Made by a program: the position numbers and the translations under genes
Assembly: GCA_035712365.1 (NCBI GenBank)
Contig: DASTAW010000064.1
Location: forward strand, 5,203 to 69,202
Reading direction: 5' to 3'
DNA from: Terriglobia bacterium
GTDB taxonomy: Bacteria; Acidobacteriota; Terriglobia; UBA7540
Length of the DNA stretch: 64,000 nt
Notes under the pieces: model-generated
Database searches by the model: none
Told to the model about the DNA's origin: nothing
The model's input: the letters and a program-made list of their open reading frames with translations, nothing else
In this document: one piece after another, positions 6,606 through 16,412 of the stretch
How positions within the stretch are numbered: the first letter of the stretch is position 1
Layout of the letters: every line of letters starts with the position of its first letter

Positions 6606-8855
6606 GTGAATAGAAGAGAATTCGTCACTCGAGCGGGGGCAGGATCACTCGGACTGACAACCTTTCCCACGCATAGAGCGAGTGTGCCCGCCAAGACAGC
6701 GGCACTCGGTGGTCTGGCGGCGCCAGACATGCTCGTATCATATCTGTCAAAAGGGTTGAATAATTTCTGCGCGCAATGGGACCGGAACCGCCAGGAGATT
6801 AAAACGCTCGAAGCGCTTCGTGCGCGCAACCGGTTTGTCCGGCAGAAGTTCATCGAAATGATCGGCGGGCTTCCGGAGAAAAGCCCGCTCACTCCCATCA
6901 GGATAAGAGTTCTGAAGCGTGACGGCTACAACATCGAAGTACTGATGTTCCAGAGTCGCCTGGACTTCTGGGTTACAGCCAGCCTCTATGTTCCCTCCGG
7001 CAGGTCCGGACCCTTCCCTGGCATCATCTCACCGTGCGGGCATTACGGGATCGCACGAATGATTCCAACTTACCAGACGGCGTATTTGAGCCTTGTCAAG
7101 AATGGCTTCGTCGTGCTCGCCTACGATCCGATCGGGCAGGGCGAGCGCCGGTACTATTGGAACCCGGAGACCGGCCGCAGCGATCCGGGGTTGGGCGATC
7201 CCGTATACGAGCACTCGATGGCCGGCCAACTTCTGCTGCTGATGGGCGAAAGCTTGACGCAATACCACATCTGGGATGGCATGCGCGCCATCGATTATCT
7301 GCTCACGCGCCAGGAGGTTGACCCCGCGCGGATCGGCTGTGCGGGCCATTCGGGTGGCGGGACTTTAACCAAGTTCATCAGCGCGCTGGACGGGCGAGTC
7401 AAGTGCGCTGTGATTCACGAAGGCGGGACGGCAAATCGCTGGCCGGTAAACGTGCCCCTGTTCAGCCCGCTGGGACCTGCAGATGCTGAACAAAATATTT
7501 TTCCTGCGGCCATCTACGGGATCGACCATGTGGACGAGCAGATTGCCATTGCGCCCCGGCCGTTGCTCGCCAGCATCGAACACCGTTCAAAGGGCTTTGA
7601 CGATGCCGCAGCGTCCATTAAGTCCGCCTACCGGCTGTTGGGCGTAGCCGAAAAGTTTTCTACGGTGTCTGCCGACAGCCCCCATGCCTGGACTTACAAA
7701 TTAAGGCTTGCGACGGCGGACTGGTTCAGCCGATGGTTCTATGGTCGTCCTGGTCCCGACCGTGAGCCTGCGCTTGTGCCGGAAAAGCCGGAGGACCTGT
7801 ACTGCACGCCAAACGGATCGATTCGTTACTCGCAACATGGTAAGACGGTCTGGTCGCTCATATTTGAAAAACAGGCCGCGCTGCCGCCTGACAGGCCGGC
7901 GCCCAGGAACAATCAAGAGGTCACATCTCACTGCGACCAAATGCGCGACCAGATCCGAAGGTTATTGCGCTACCAGAGAAATGATTATCCGCTCAACCCA
8001 CGCAAGGTCGCCACGGTGCCGGAAAAAGGCTACAAAATCGACAAGTTGGAGTTCCTCTCGGAGCCGGAGATTTACCTGCCTGCCTGGGTCTACCTGCCCG
8101 AAGAAAGGCGACCGGCCGCGCCGATGATCCTTTATTTCAATGAGGAAGGCATGGCTGCCGACGGAATGGAATTTGCCGGAGAAGAATGCTCCGGAATGGA
8201 ACCGGGAGTCCTCGCACAGATGGCCAGCGGCGGCCATGTGGTGATCGCGGTGGATGTGCGCGGGATTGGAGAGACTCGTCCGCTCCATGAGAGCAGCCAC
8301 GGAGGCGAGTACGCTCACCTTTTCAACGCCGAAACGGCGCTGGCGTACATGGCCTGGTACATGAACAGTTCACTGCTTGGATCGCGTGTGCAGGATATCC
8401 AGCGCGCAGTGGATTATGCCTTATCTCGCCCGGAAGCTGATGCCTCTGGTGTCTGGGTCATTGGCAAGGATATGGGGGCGCTCTGGGCGCTCTACGCGGC
8501 GGCCCTTGACCCACGCATCAAATCGGTGGTTTGCCACGCGGGATTGCTTTCGTACCGCTCACTAACTACCACGGACCGCTATCTGCACGGGGCTGATGTT
8601 TTCATTCTTGATGTTCTCCACCATTTCGACCTGCCGCAGGTCGCCGCGGCTGTGGCAGATAGACGTTTGACCCTGCTCTCTTCAGTGGACGCCATGCGGC
8701 GACCCATTGACCTTGCGGCCGCCGCGGAGGCTTATCGCTGGACGAAGGACGCCTACATCGCAGCAGGCGCAAGTGACCGGTTCGAGGTCTCGACAGTCCG
8801 TCCAGATCAATCGCTGTCAGCCCAATATCTCCGGCTGCTGGGACAGAACAAATAA
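6606..8855 (+). CDS. Tat-signal alpha/beta hydrolase (acetyl-xylan-esterase / dienelactone-hydrolase-like), two tandem a/b-hydrolase-like halves
   Basis: GTG 6606 is preceded by AAGGAG and gives VNRREFVTRAGAGSLGL (twin-arginine). The nucleophile elbow is GHSGGG. The second half has GKDMG at the elbow position. The longest ORF starts at 6456. Confidence 0.7.
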   Translation: MNRREFVTRAGAGSLGLTTFPTHRASVPAKTAALGGLAAPDMLVSYLSKGLNNFCAQWDRNRQEIKTLEALRARNRFVRQKFIEMIGGLPEKSPLTPIRIRVLKRDGYNIEVLMFQSRLDFWVTASLYVPSGRSGPFPGIISPCGHYGIARMIPTYQTAYLSLVKNGFVVLAYDPIGQGERRYYWNPETGRSDPGLGDPVYEHSMAGQLLLLMGESLTQYHIWDGMRAIDYLLTRQEVDPARIGCAGHSGGGTLTKFISALDGRVKCAVIHEGGTANRWPVNVPLFSPLGPADAEQNIFPAAIYGIDHVDEQIAIAPRPLLASIEHRSKGFDDAAASIKSAYRLLGVAEKFSTVSADSPHAWTYKLRLATADWFSRWFYGRPGPDREPALVPEKPEDLYCTPNGSIRYSQHGKTVWSLIFEKQAALPPDRPAPRNNQEVTSHCDQMRDQIRRLLRYQRNDYPLNPRKVATVPEKGYKIDKLEFLSEPEIYLPAWVYLPEERRPAAPMILYFNEEGMAADGMEFAGEECSGMEPGVLAQMASGGHVVIAVDVRGIGETRPLHESSHGGEYAHLFNAETALAYMAWYMNSSLLGSRVQDIQRAVDYALSRPEADASGVWVIGKDMGALWALYAAALDPRIKSVVCHAGLLSYRSLTTTDRYLHGADVFILDVLHHFDLPQVAAAVADRRLTLLSSVDAMRRPIDLAAAAEAYRWTKDAYIAAGASDRFEVSTVRPDQSLSAQYLRLLGQNK

Positions 8856-9130
8856 GCGAAGAGAAAGTGCGCTCAACAAGGGCGCCGGTCAGAAGGGGAA
8901 GCTGGCCATTTTGACCTGCGGTCGAGCGTTGTGAAGGATAATTGGGCGCCTGCAAGGAGTTCGCTCGTTTGGCTTCAAGCAACGGGACCACATCGTCCAG
9001 TCTATTTAGTCCTCAGTGAAGGGAAGATGAGTCTGAGGGGCGTGGCCAGTGCCATTGAGGACGCAAAACCAGCCCCTGCCCCTGTGCTATACTCCCCGAC
9101 GTTTATAACTCCGTTTCATGCCTGGAGGAA

Positions 9131-11227
9131 GTGATGGACCGCAGAGATTTTATGGGCAGTGTCATGGCTGGAATGGTTGCGTCGCAGGTCGGGAACATCG
9201 GGGCAAGCGGTTTTCCCGCCAACGCGGATCCACTGAAAGGAGCGCGCTGGGTCCGAAACGGATTTATCACGGCAGGCGGGCTCCATGAGCCCTACATTTA
9301 TGTTCTCCGGCGCGGGGGCGAAGAGCTCGATGCCAGGAAAATCCACGATTGGAACCAGAGTGAGGCCCTGATCCGCCAGCTCAAAGACCAGGGCGTCGAG
9401 GTCTTCCATACCCACTTCTACAAGGGGTTTGGAATGGCTGCCGAAATGCCGGAGATGCTGGAGACCAAGCGGACCGCCGAAATTGCCCATCGCTATGGGA
9501 TGAAGATTGACACCTATCTCCAGTGGAACACCATGATGTACGAGACATTTTTCGCCGAGGAGCCGCGCGCCAAGGACTGGATTCAGCGGGACGCCAGCGG
9601 TTTGCCCATCCTGCTGACTTATGGCTACCAGCAATCTTTCCGCTATCGCCCGTGCTTTTCAAACCAGGAATACCTCGCGTATCTCAAGAAGCTGGTTCGC
9701 TTTGCGGTCGAGGAGGTTAAGACGGACTACATCCATTTTGATAATTTCGATCTCAACCCCGAACCCGATTCCTGTCACAGTCCGAGTTGCGTCAACGGAT
9801 TCCGAACTTACTTGAGGTCCAAGTATTCGCCGGAAAAACTTCGGCAGCGATTTGGATTCGAGAATGTTGACCATATTAATCCGCCGCAGTGGAACCGGAA
9901 TAATCCGCCGGAGAGGATGGCGATCGTCTTCGATCCGGCCATCCAGGAGTGGGTTGATTTCCGCTGCCAGGTGATGGCAGACGCTCTGAGGCAGATGGCC
10001 GAGTACGCAAAGTCGCTCAATCCTGAAGTGGCTATCGAAATCAATCCTCACGGCATTACAGGCGGAAACCGCGCATGGATGAATGGCATCGATCACTGCC
10101 GGCTGCTTACTTCGACGGACGCCTATGTGACGGAAGAGGAAAATTTCGCTGAATACTTTCCCGAGGATGGGCGGCTTGTTTCCAAGATCCGGAGTTACAA
10201 GCTGGCGCGGGCTTATGACAACGTTCTGGTGACCGTATCTCCCAGCGAAGTGGCCACAGCGGAAAAGCTGGCCTTCAACCAGACGATTGGCAGGGCAGGC
10301 ATCGCTCCGCTTTCGGTTTGGATGCTCGATTACATCGCATTCTACAGGAAGCACCGCGACCTGTTCGTTGGAGCGCTCGATCTGGCCACCGTTGGCGTTT
10401 TGCGGTCCTATCCCTCCATTACTTATCACAACGCCAGAGCGCAATTGAGCGCCATCCTGGTTGAGCAGGCCCTAATCCAATCGCGCGTCCCGTTCCATCT
10501 GATTTTTGACGAGCCTTTGCCCGATCTCTCAAACCTGAAAGTCCTGGTTCTTCCGGATTCGGAATGTCTGTCGGATGAGCAGATCGCAAAAATTCGAAGC
10601 TGCGTTGAGAACGGAGGTGGATTGATTGCCACCGGCCAGGCGGGCCTTTACGACGAATGGCGCCGGCTGCGGGTCGAGCCGGGATTGAAAGGTTTGGCGG
10701 ACGGGCAACAGCCTGCAAGCTCCTACGAAGAACATGTACGAGCAGTGAAGATCTCCTCTGGATTGCCGGTCAGGAAATTGGTGGGGAAGGGTCGGGTAGT
10801 GTACTTCCCGGGAATCCCTTTTGACGGACCGCTTCCGAAGACGGAGCCGTACTTCACCATTGACAACAAGTTCTGGAAGCGCCCGGCGAATTCGGAAGAA
10901 CTTATCGGTGAGATTCGATGGGCGGCCAACTCTGAAATGCCCGTCGAGATCTCAGGGCCGGAATTCCTGGTGGCGAATCTCGTCTGGCAGCCGGACCAGC
11001 ACCGCGCCATGGTGCATCTGGTGAACTATAACGCCAAAACGGCCTCCTCAATTTCCGGCATCGACATCGTCTGCCGCCTGCCCGGGGGAGAAACCGCGAA
11101 AAGCGTAAAACTTTACGAAATCGAACACAGCGCGGCAGTCGATCTTCCCTTCAAAACTCAACCGCACGCCGCATCCTTCAGCCTTCCCGAAATGAAAACC
11201 TATGCCCTGATTGTTGTGGGTTGGTAA
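9131..11227 (+). CDS. Tat-signal GH42-like glycoside-hydrolase-family protein (TIM-barrel part plus beta-galactosidase-trimerisation-like domain)
   Basis: MMDRRDFMGS is a Tat-like N-terminus. LKVLVLPDSECLSDEQIAKIRSCVENGGGLIATG resembles the GH42 middle domain. The function call is tentative. Confidence 0.5.
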   Translation: MMDRRDFMGSVMAGMVASQVGNIGASGFPANADPLKGARWVRNGFITAGGLHEPYIYVLRRGGEELDARKIHDWNQSEALIRQLKDQGVEVFHTHFYKGFGMAAEMPEMLETKRTAEIAHRYGMKIDTYLQWNTMMYETFFAEEPRAKDWIQRDASGLPILLTYGYQQSFRYRPCFSNQEYLAYLKKLVRFAVEEVKTDYIHFDNFDLNPEPDSCHSPSCVNGFRTYLRSKYSPEKLRQRFGFENVDHINPPQWNRNNPPERMAIVFDPAIQEWVDFRCQVMADALRQMAEYAKSLNPEVAIEINPHGITGGNRAWMNGIDHCRLLTSTDAYVTEEENFAEYFPEDGRLVSKIRSYKLARAYDNVLVTVSPSEVATAEKLAFNQTIGRAGIAPLSVWMLDYIAFYRKHRDLFVGALDLATVGVLRSYPSITYHNARAQLSAILVEQALIQSRVPFHLIFDEPLPDLSNLKVLVLPDSECLSDEQIAKIRSCVENGGGLIATGQAGLYDEWRRLRVEPGLKGLADGQQPASSYEEHVRAVKISSGLPVRKLVGKGRVVYFPGIPFDGPLPKTEPYFTIDNKFWKRPANSEELIGEIRWAANSEMPVEISGPEFLVANLVWQPDQHRAMVHLVNYNAKTASSISGIDIVCRLPGGETAKSVKLYEIEHSAAVDLPFKTQPHAASFSLPEMKTYALIVVGW

Positions 11228-11297
11228 CCTGAGGCCGGCGAGCCTTCGCCTTGTGTAGAGGTACGCTTCTCAGAGGCCCGGTAGAGCGTGGCGAAGC

Positions 11298-12800
11298 TCA
11301 CTCAGATGCTTTCCGGATCTTGAAGGCGAAAGCCTGTTTGCACGGTTTGTTGGCAGCCACTTCCGGCGGGATTTCAATTGCCAGCGAGTTGCCTTGCTGC
11401 TGCCAATCCAATGGTTTTTCTACGCCAAGCATCACGACAGGGCTTTGGGGAACTGCGCGAACTGGTTCCACCACGAAGCGGTTTCCAGGCCACTTCAGGC
11501 TTATGACATAAAGATGCCGGCCGTCTTTGCTTCGAGTAAATCGGACGTTCTCGCCTTGCTTATAAACTTTCCATGGGCGGGTCGCGTAAATCGCTTCACC
11601 GTTGACGTTGAGCCAATCGCCAACGTAGCTCAAACGCTCTATGGTTTCCTGCGGCCAGCTCCCATCGGGCATGGGACCGTAGCCGACCTGGAAATTTCCA
11701 CCCTTGGCGACAATATCGATCAGGCTTTCCAGCACCCATTCTTTGGGCTTATAAACATCGTTCGGCAGATAAGAAAAAGCCTGCCCGCCGGGGTAGATCA
11801 CCATCCAGTTTCCCTTGGAAAAATCGGCAGGAATTTCCCGCTCCGGCGTGTAGTAGTCTCCATAGGGCCCGATGCCGCGTTGCCGCATCAGGATATTCGG
11901 TTGCAGCTTCCGGACCATCATGGCGAGTTCGGCGATCTCCTGGGACGCCGCCTCGGGCCATGCGATATCCAGCGATAAGAGGTCAATCGGCCCATACCAG
12001 GTCATCAACTCCTGAAGTTGTTTTCGTTCCTGATTGATAAACGTTCGCCAGCGCTTGGGATCGGATTGTGGGGTGAAATTGGGGTCGTAATACATGCTGT
12101 AAGGGTCCCAGGCAAATGCCGGATCGTGCCAGTCGACGTGCGAATAGTACAAGCCCACGCCCACTCCTCGTTTTCGCGCCGCTTTGATCAGGGTCCCCAC
12201 AATATCCTTTTTGTAGGGCGAATCCATCACGCTGTAGTGGATCAGGCAATCCTGAAAGTTCGGTTCATGTCTGGGAGTAAAGGAAAGGCCATGGGGCGCG
12301 CGCCTGATGGACTTCACCACTGTCTCGGTGGGCCACATGCAAAACCCCTCGTGGTGTTTTGTGGTGATGGTGAAGAACCTTGCTCCGCCGCGCTGGAACA
12401 GGTCCATCCAGGAGTCCGGGTCGAAATCGGTGGGATTGAAAAACTCGTAGAGCGTATTGTAGACATCCTGGAACTCGCGGGAGGAATGTGGCAAGCACCA
12501 GGAGGCGTCGCTGCCAATGAGGCAGTAGAGGCCCCAGTGAACGCGGATGCCGAATTTCTGGTCCTGCCACGCCTCCAGAGCCTCTGCGGGGGCATGCCGG
12601 TAAGCGGGATTGACGGTTTTGGGAAATCCGCGTTGCAGATCGCGCCAATCGAACACCGGCCCGCTGGTTGGCCGGTCGCTGGTCTGTGACTCCGGCGCGG
12701 CATCGGGCTTCTGGTACGGGCTGAAGGCCATTCCTCCGCCAAGTCCGAGCAAGACCTCCGATGCTGCAACCGATTTGCCCAGAAATTGTCGGCGCCGCAT
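11298..12800 (-). CDS. alpha-L-fucosidase (GH29)
   Basis: MRRRQFLG is a Tat signal. FGIRVHWGLYCL and TTKHHEGFCMWPT are GH29 signatures. Confidence 0.85.
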   Translation of the reverse strand: MRRRQFLGKSVAASEVLLGLGGGMAFSPYQKPDAAPESQTSDRPTSGPVFDWRDLQRGFPKTVNPAYRHAPAEALEAWQDQKFGIRVHWGLYCLIGSDASWCLPHSSREFQDVYNTLYEFFNPTDFDPDSWMDLFQRGGARFFTITTKHHEGFCMWPTETVVKSIRRAPHGLSFTPRHEPNFQDCLIHYSVMDSPYKKDIVGTLIKAARKRGVGVGLYYSHVDWHDPAFAWDPYSMYYDPNFTPQSDPKRWRTFINQERKQLQELMTWYGPIDLLSLDIAWPEAASQEIAELAMMVRKLQPNILMRQRGIGPYGDYYTPEREIPADFSKGNWMVIYPGGQAFSYLPNDVYKPKEWVLESLIDIVAKGGNFQVGYGPMPDGSWPQETIERLSYVGDWLNVNGEAIYATRPWKVYKQGENVRFTRSKDGRHLYVISLKWPGNRFVVEPVRAVPQSPVVMLGVEKPLDWQQQGNSLAIEIPPEVAANKPCKQAFAFKIRKASE

Positions 12801-12886
12801 TTTCCCTCCTTTTTTACGACTGATAATGCCAGCAGGAATTTTGAGCTAACGCACAACTTGTCGGATTGCTTTCGAGGCCCGCCAGC

Positions 12887-15139
12887 TCAAGCCCGGGAAC
12901 TTCTGGTTGCTCTCTGTTTTCCCGCAGGCCGCTTCCTGACCACGCTCACGGCCAGCAGCATGATGGCATTGCCGGCAGTGGGTAGGTCGCGAAAGTCTTT
13001 GAATCCGGAAATTCCCTCCAGCCGGATTTCCTCGACGCGCTTGCCAAAACGCGGGTTGATCCATTCGTACGCAAAAAACGAGATGCGCTCGCCGGCAGTC
13101 TTGCCGGAATCGACAAGTTCGGCCTGCCAGGCCACATTTCTCGGGTCATGCTTTTTACCCCAGCCGGCCTCCAGAATATTCACACCGTAGCGAATGGGAG
13201 CGGTTTCCACCCATCCGTCCTCGTACACGAATTGATAAAAGCCGAGCAGGTCCGCGGTGTCAGCTTCGTCCCAGGTTTCGAAAAACGCCATGGAATTCTG
13301 CGCGGGCAGGGAACAGGCATGGAGAAAAACAATGCTGCTTACGTCGTCACCCAGGGGAATTGTTGCTGCACCCGGCTCGGTTTTCTTATCGCCGGTGGCA
13401 ACCACGATGGTGTTCCTGCCGCCATTTTGGGCCGGGTCGGCCAGATTAAATTCCATGCTGCTTGCGCGGATGATGCCGCTTCGCAAGGAGGTAAAGTCAA
13501 TGCCCGGAGGATTGTTTTTTCCAGCCGGCGCATTTAGATGCCCGCTGATGTCGATGGCCTCCACTGGATCGTCAGCGCTCGGCCAGAGCTCCATGGAGAC
13601 TCGTCGCCGAAAGACAGGCAGCACTTTCTGGACCGTCTCTGAAATTTCTTTAGGGTCAAGCTGATGAGGCGACCACGTGAGATTGGCGCAGCCGAGAATG
13701 TCATACATCATGTCCTTGCCAAAATTGAACTCGGTGGTTTCCGCCCAACTGGAAGGAGCTCCGCCCAGCACGCCTTGCCGCCGGCTTCGCCGTTCGTAAT
13801 CCTGAATCTCCGGAGTCATATTTCCGTACACCTGATGGAAACCGAAGTCATCCAATTCGGTATCATTCTCCTCGCCGGAGCCTTCTTCGCGGTTGTTCCA
13901 GAACCAGTTGAAGATCAAAATATCTTTTGGAATCAGGTCGTGCACCTGCTGGGGGGAAAGCGCTCCGGGCGTCTGGTAATGATATCCCTCGGGGCTGCGG
14001 GCATCCTGGAGGACCTTCCCGCGGACTCGCTCGATCAGATGGTCGCCCCACATGGCGACCTCAACATCGTGCTCTTTCAGGTACGAATAAATCTTATTCA
14101 CGTCCTGGGCGAAGAGGACGGTTGGGTCTTTTCCCTTGCAACGCGGGCAGATTCCCCAGGGCATCCGCCATTCGTCGTGGCCGATGTGTACCAGGCGCGG
14201 CTGCATCGCCTCCAGGTATTCATCCATTACATCAAATGCCAGCTTGTAAGTTGCTGGTGCGCTTGGGCAGTAGGTGTCGGGCCACTCGGCCTCCTGGATC
14301 TCTGCCAGCTCGCGGTGACGGGTCAGCAGGTAGTAGGAGTGGGTCAGCGTGGAGATTTCCGGAATGATGTCCACGTAATGTTGCCGCGCGTATTGCACAA
14401 GTTCCGCGACCTCGTCCTTTTCCAGCACGCCGCCGTCTGTGAAAACCATGTTGCCGGAATCCTGGAACTGCTCGTGCGGTCCGGTCGAGCGCCCGCGGCG
14501 CGTGTATTTCATGTCCTTGGTAAAGTCGATCCAGCCGGCATTCAGTTCCGGATGACGATCGAATTGCATTCCCGCATCCATCTCAACAATCAGCTTGTTG
14601 AGCTTCGAGGGAGCCATCACTTCACGAACGAACCGCTTGAAATACGGAATGTCGCGCCGGCCGGGCAGGAAAATGTAGATTCCGCGGAACGGCTTATGCG
14701 GCCAGTCAATAATCTGCTGCGCCGGGACGGAAAGTCCGCCGTCAGCCCTTTCGAGAATCTGGCGGAGCGTTTGCACTCCGTAAAAGGCGCCCGGCCTGTC
14801 GTTCCCCAGGACCGCCACGGACTGCTCCGTCGCATCCAGCACGTAGCCTTCGGGCTGAGCACTCCCGCTCGGGCCTTGGATTCCCCGAGTCTCACGATAT
14901 TGCCGCACCAGCGGATTCGACGCGTCACCCAGCAGAAAGAATCGCTCGGCCTTCGGAATTGCAGTCGCGCGACGAACTCTCAGAGGCAACCCGTAATGAT
15001 TGGCCATCTCCGCCGAAAGGAACGACGCAAGAAACAGGTCGGAGCTCGAGGCAAGCTCCGGCACGAGGATTACGGTGGACCCATCCACCTTCAGGCGTCC
15101 GTCCTGCCGGGTCACTTCGCGCGGGACAGGGAAAATCAT
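12887..15139 (-). CDS. GH20-like beta-N-acetylhexosaminidase family protein
   Basis: The N-terminus MIFPVPREVTRQDGRLKV is typical of the GH20 N-domain. DWPHKPFRGIYIF and HIGHDEW resemble the catalytic region. ATG 15139 has AGGAGG 6 nt upstream. Confidence 0.6.
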   Translation of the reverse strand: MIFPVPREVTRQDGRLKVDGSTVILVPELASSSDLFLASFLSAEMANHYGLPLRVRRATAIPKAERFFLLGDASNPLVRQYRETRGIQGPSGSAQPEGYVLDATEQSVAVLGNDRPGAFYGVQTLRQILERADGGLSVPAQQIIDWPHKPFRGIYIFLPGRRDIPYFKRFVREVMAPSKLNKLIVEMDAGMQFDRHPELNAGWIDFTKDMKYTRRGRSTGPHEQFQDSGNMVFTDGGVLEKDEVAELVQYARQHYVDIIPEISTLTHSYYLLTRHRELAEIQEAEWPDTYCPSAPATYKLAFDVMDEYLEAMQPRLVHIGHDEWRMPWGICPRCKGKDPTVLFAQDVNKIYSYLKEHDVEVAMWGDHLIERVRGKVLQDARSPEGYHYQTPGALSPQQVHDLIPKDILIFNWFWNNREEGSGEENDTELDDFGFHQVYGNMTPEIQDYERRSRRQGVLGGAPSSWAETTEFNFGKDMMYDILGCANLTWSPHQLDPKEISETVQKVLPVFRRRVSMELWPSADDPVEAIDISGHLNAPAGKNNPPGIDFTSLRSGIIRASSMEFNLADPAQNGGRNTIVVATGDKKTEPGAATIPLGDDVSSIVFLHACSLPAQNSMAFFETWDEADTADLLGFYQFVYEDGWVETAPIRYGVNILEAGWGKKHDPRNVAWQAELVDSGKTAGERISFFAYEWINPRFGKRVEEIRLEGISGFKDFRDLPTAGNAIMLLAVSVVRKRPAGKQRATRSSRA

Positions 15140-15284
15140 CAAGGGCCTCCTGTGCAATCAAACTTTCCTCAGCGATGCAGCGACGATGGGCCGGCGTGTC
15201 AAGCGGCGGACCTTGCGCAGCAAAACCCAGGTCCTCAATCGCCCGGCGGGCGGGGTAGACAGTTGCTGGGTTGCCGCAATGCCG

Positions 15285-16229
15285 TCAATTGGACCGCAGG
15301 TTGTCCTTCACGGCCTGCTCCGTCACCCAGTCGGTCCACAAGGCCGTCCGGCCGCTTGAGAGCAGCGGCTTGCCGTCCAGCACCGCCTCCACAAAATTTT
15401 CCACGCAAGGGAAGTGGATGTTTTTATGGTTGGGAACCTCTTCGCGGCCCTGCGGAGAAACCAGCGTGGGGCTGTTAAGCGGGCTCAGTTCCAGTTCGCC
15501 ACGAGTGCCGATAATGCGGAACTCGTCGCGCTCCACGTGCAAGTGCCAGCGCACGTCAACAATGGCGCGGACGTTGTTCAGGTATTCGATCAGCACGGTT
15601 GCACAATCCTCCACCGGCGTTTTGTTCACCGCGTTCGACAGTTGCGCCCGCACGCGCGCCGGCTGGCCAAAGATGAAGTTGAGCACATCGATCCGGTGCG
15701 AGGCGATGTCATAGAGCGGGCCGCCGCCCGCCTTGTCGGGATCAACCAGCCAGGCGCGGAATTCGTCTTCCGGCTTGAACCACGAGTGGCAGGAGGCGTA
15801 GGCCAGCACCGGCTGTCCGATCGCACCCTCGCGCATCAGGGTCATGGCGCGATGCACCTTGGGATACGTCCGCCGGTAGTAGGCAATGCCCAGCGTGCGG
15901 CCTGCCGCCTCTGCCGTTTCCACCATCATTTCGGCCTCGGGATAATTCATGGCCATGGGCTTTTCGCAAAGCACGTGGCAGCCCTCGCGCAGTGAAATCA
16001 TCGTCTGCGGAGCGTGCATGAAAACCGGCGAGGCCACGTAGACCGCGTTGGGCTTCGTCTTCGCCAGCGCCTCCTTCAGGTCGGTGAATCCCGGCACGCC
16101 ATAAGGCCCGGCTTTCGCCGGATCGCGGGTCACGATCCCGGCCAGCTTGCTCTGCTCCTCTTCCTCAATTGCCGGAAGCACACGCTTGGTGGTGATGTCT
16201 CCAACTCCAATCACTAGCCATTTCAGCAT
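15285..16229 (-). CDS. Gfo/Idh/MocA family oxidoreductase
   Basis: The Rossmann N-terminus is MLKWLVIGVGDITTKRVLPAI, and EKPMA is also present. The longest ORF reaches 16274. Confidence 0.8.
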   Translation of the reverse strand: MLKWLVIGVGDITTKRVLPAIEEEEQSKLAGIVTRDPAKAGPYGVPGFTDLKEALAKTKPNAVYVASPVFMHAPQTMISLREGCHVLCEKPMAMNYPEAEMMVETAEAAGRTLGIAYYRRTYPKVHRAMTLMREGAIGQPVLAYASCHSWFKPEDEFRAWLVDPDKAGGGPLYDIASHRIDVLNFIFGQPARVRAQLSNAVNKTPVEDCATVLIEYLNNVRAIVDVRWHLHVERDEFRIIGTRGELELSPLNSPTLVSPQGREEVPNHKNIHFPCVENFVEAVLDGKPLLSSGRTALWTDWVTEQAVKDNLRSN

Positions 16230-16300
16230 GCCGCCTATTCTACGCCAATTTCTGGGTAGAATCGTAACCAACACAACTCTGCGGCTCGATTTTCATCCTT

Positions 16301-16340
16301 CCAATCGCCCAACCACCAATCACCCAATCGCAAATGATTG
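16301..16340 (+). repeat. CAATC word array
   Basis: ccaatcgcccaaccaccaatcacccaatcgcaaatgattg. It contains the 15-mer caatcacccaatcgc (16317-16331), whose exact reverse complement occurs at 22683-22697. Confidence 0.85.
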
Positions 16341-16346
16341 CTTTTC

Positions 16347-16378
16347 ATGTTGACAATCTACATGTAAGGGCGTATTGT
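16347..16378 (+). promoter_or_regulatory. padR promoter with overlapping PadR-type operator-like inverted repeat
   Basis: The promoter is TTGACA (16350-55), N17, TATTGT (16373-78). ATGT-N9-ACAT (16347-16363) overlaps the -35. Known PadR operators are ATGT-N8-ACAT, so the spacing is off by one. Confidence 0.5.
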
Positions 16379-16412
16379 GGCTCCTGTTGATCTTCTAAAG
16401 GAGTATTTGCGC

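Noticed and set aside
13664-15478. A 604-aa plus-strand ORF.
   Set aside because: It is antisense to the well-supported GH20-like gene. Its composition is Arg/Pro/Gly-rich with no motifs, which is the typical high-GC shadow ORF. The same reasoning applies to 18660-19871(-), 24580-25560(-), 42708-43631(-), 48948-50120(+), 56770-57849(-), 9659-10444(-) and 62336-63001(-).
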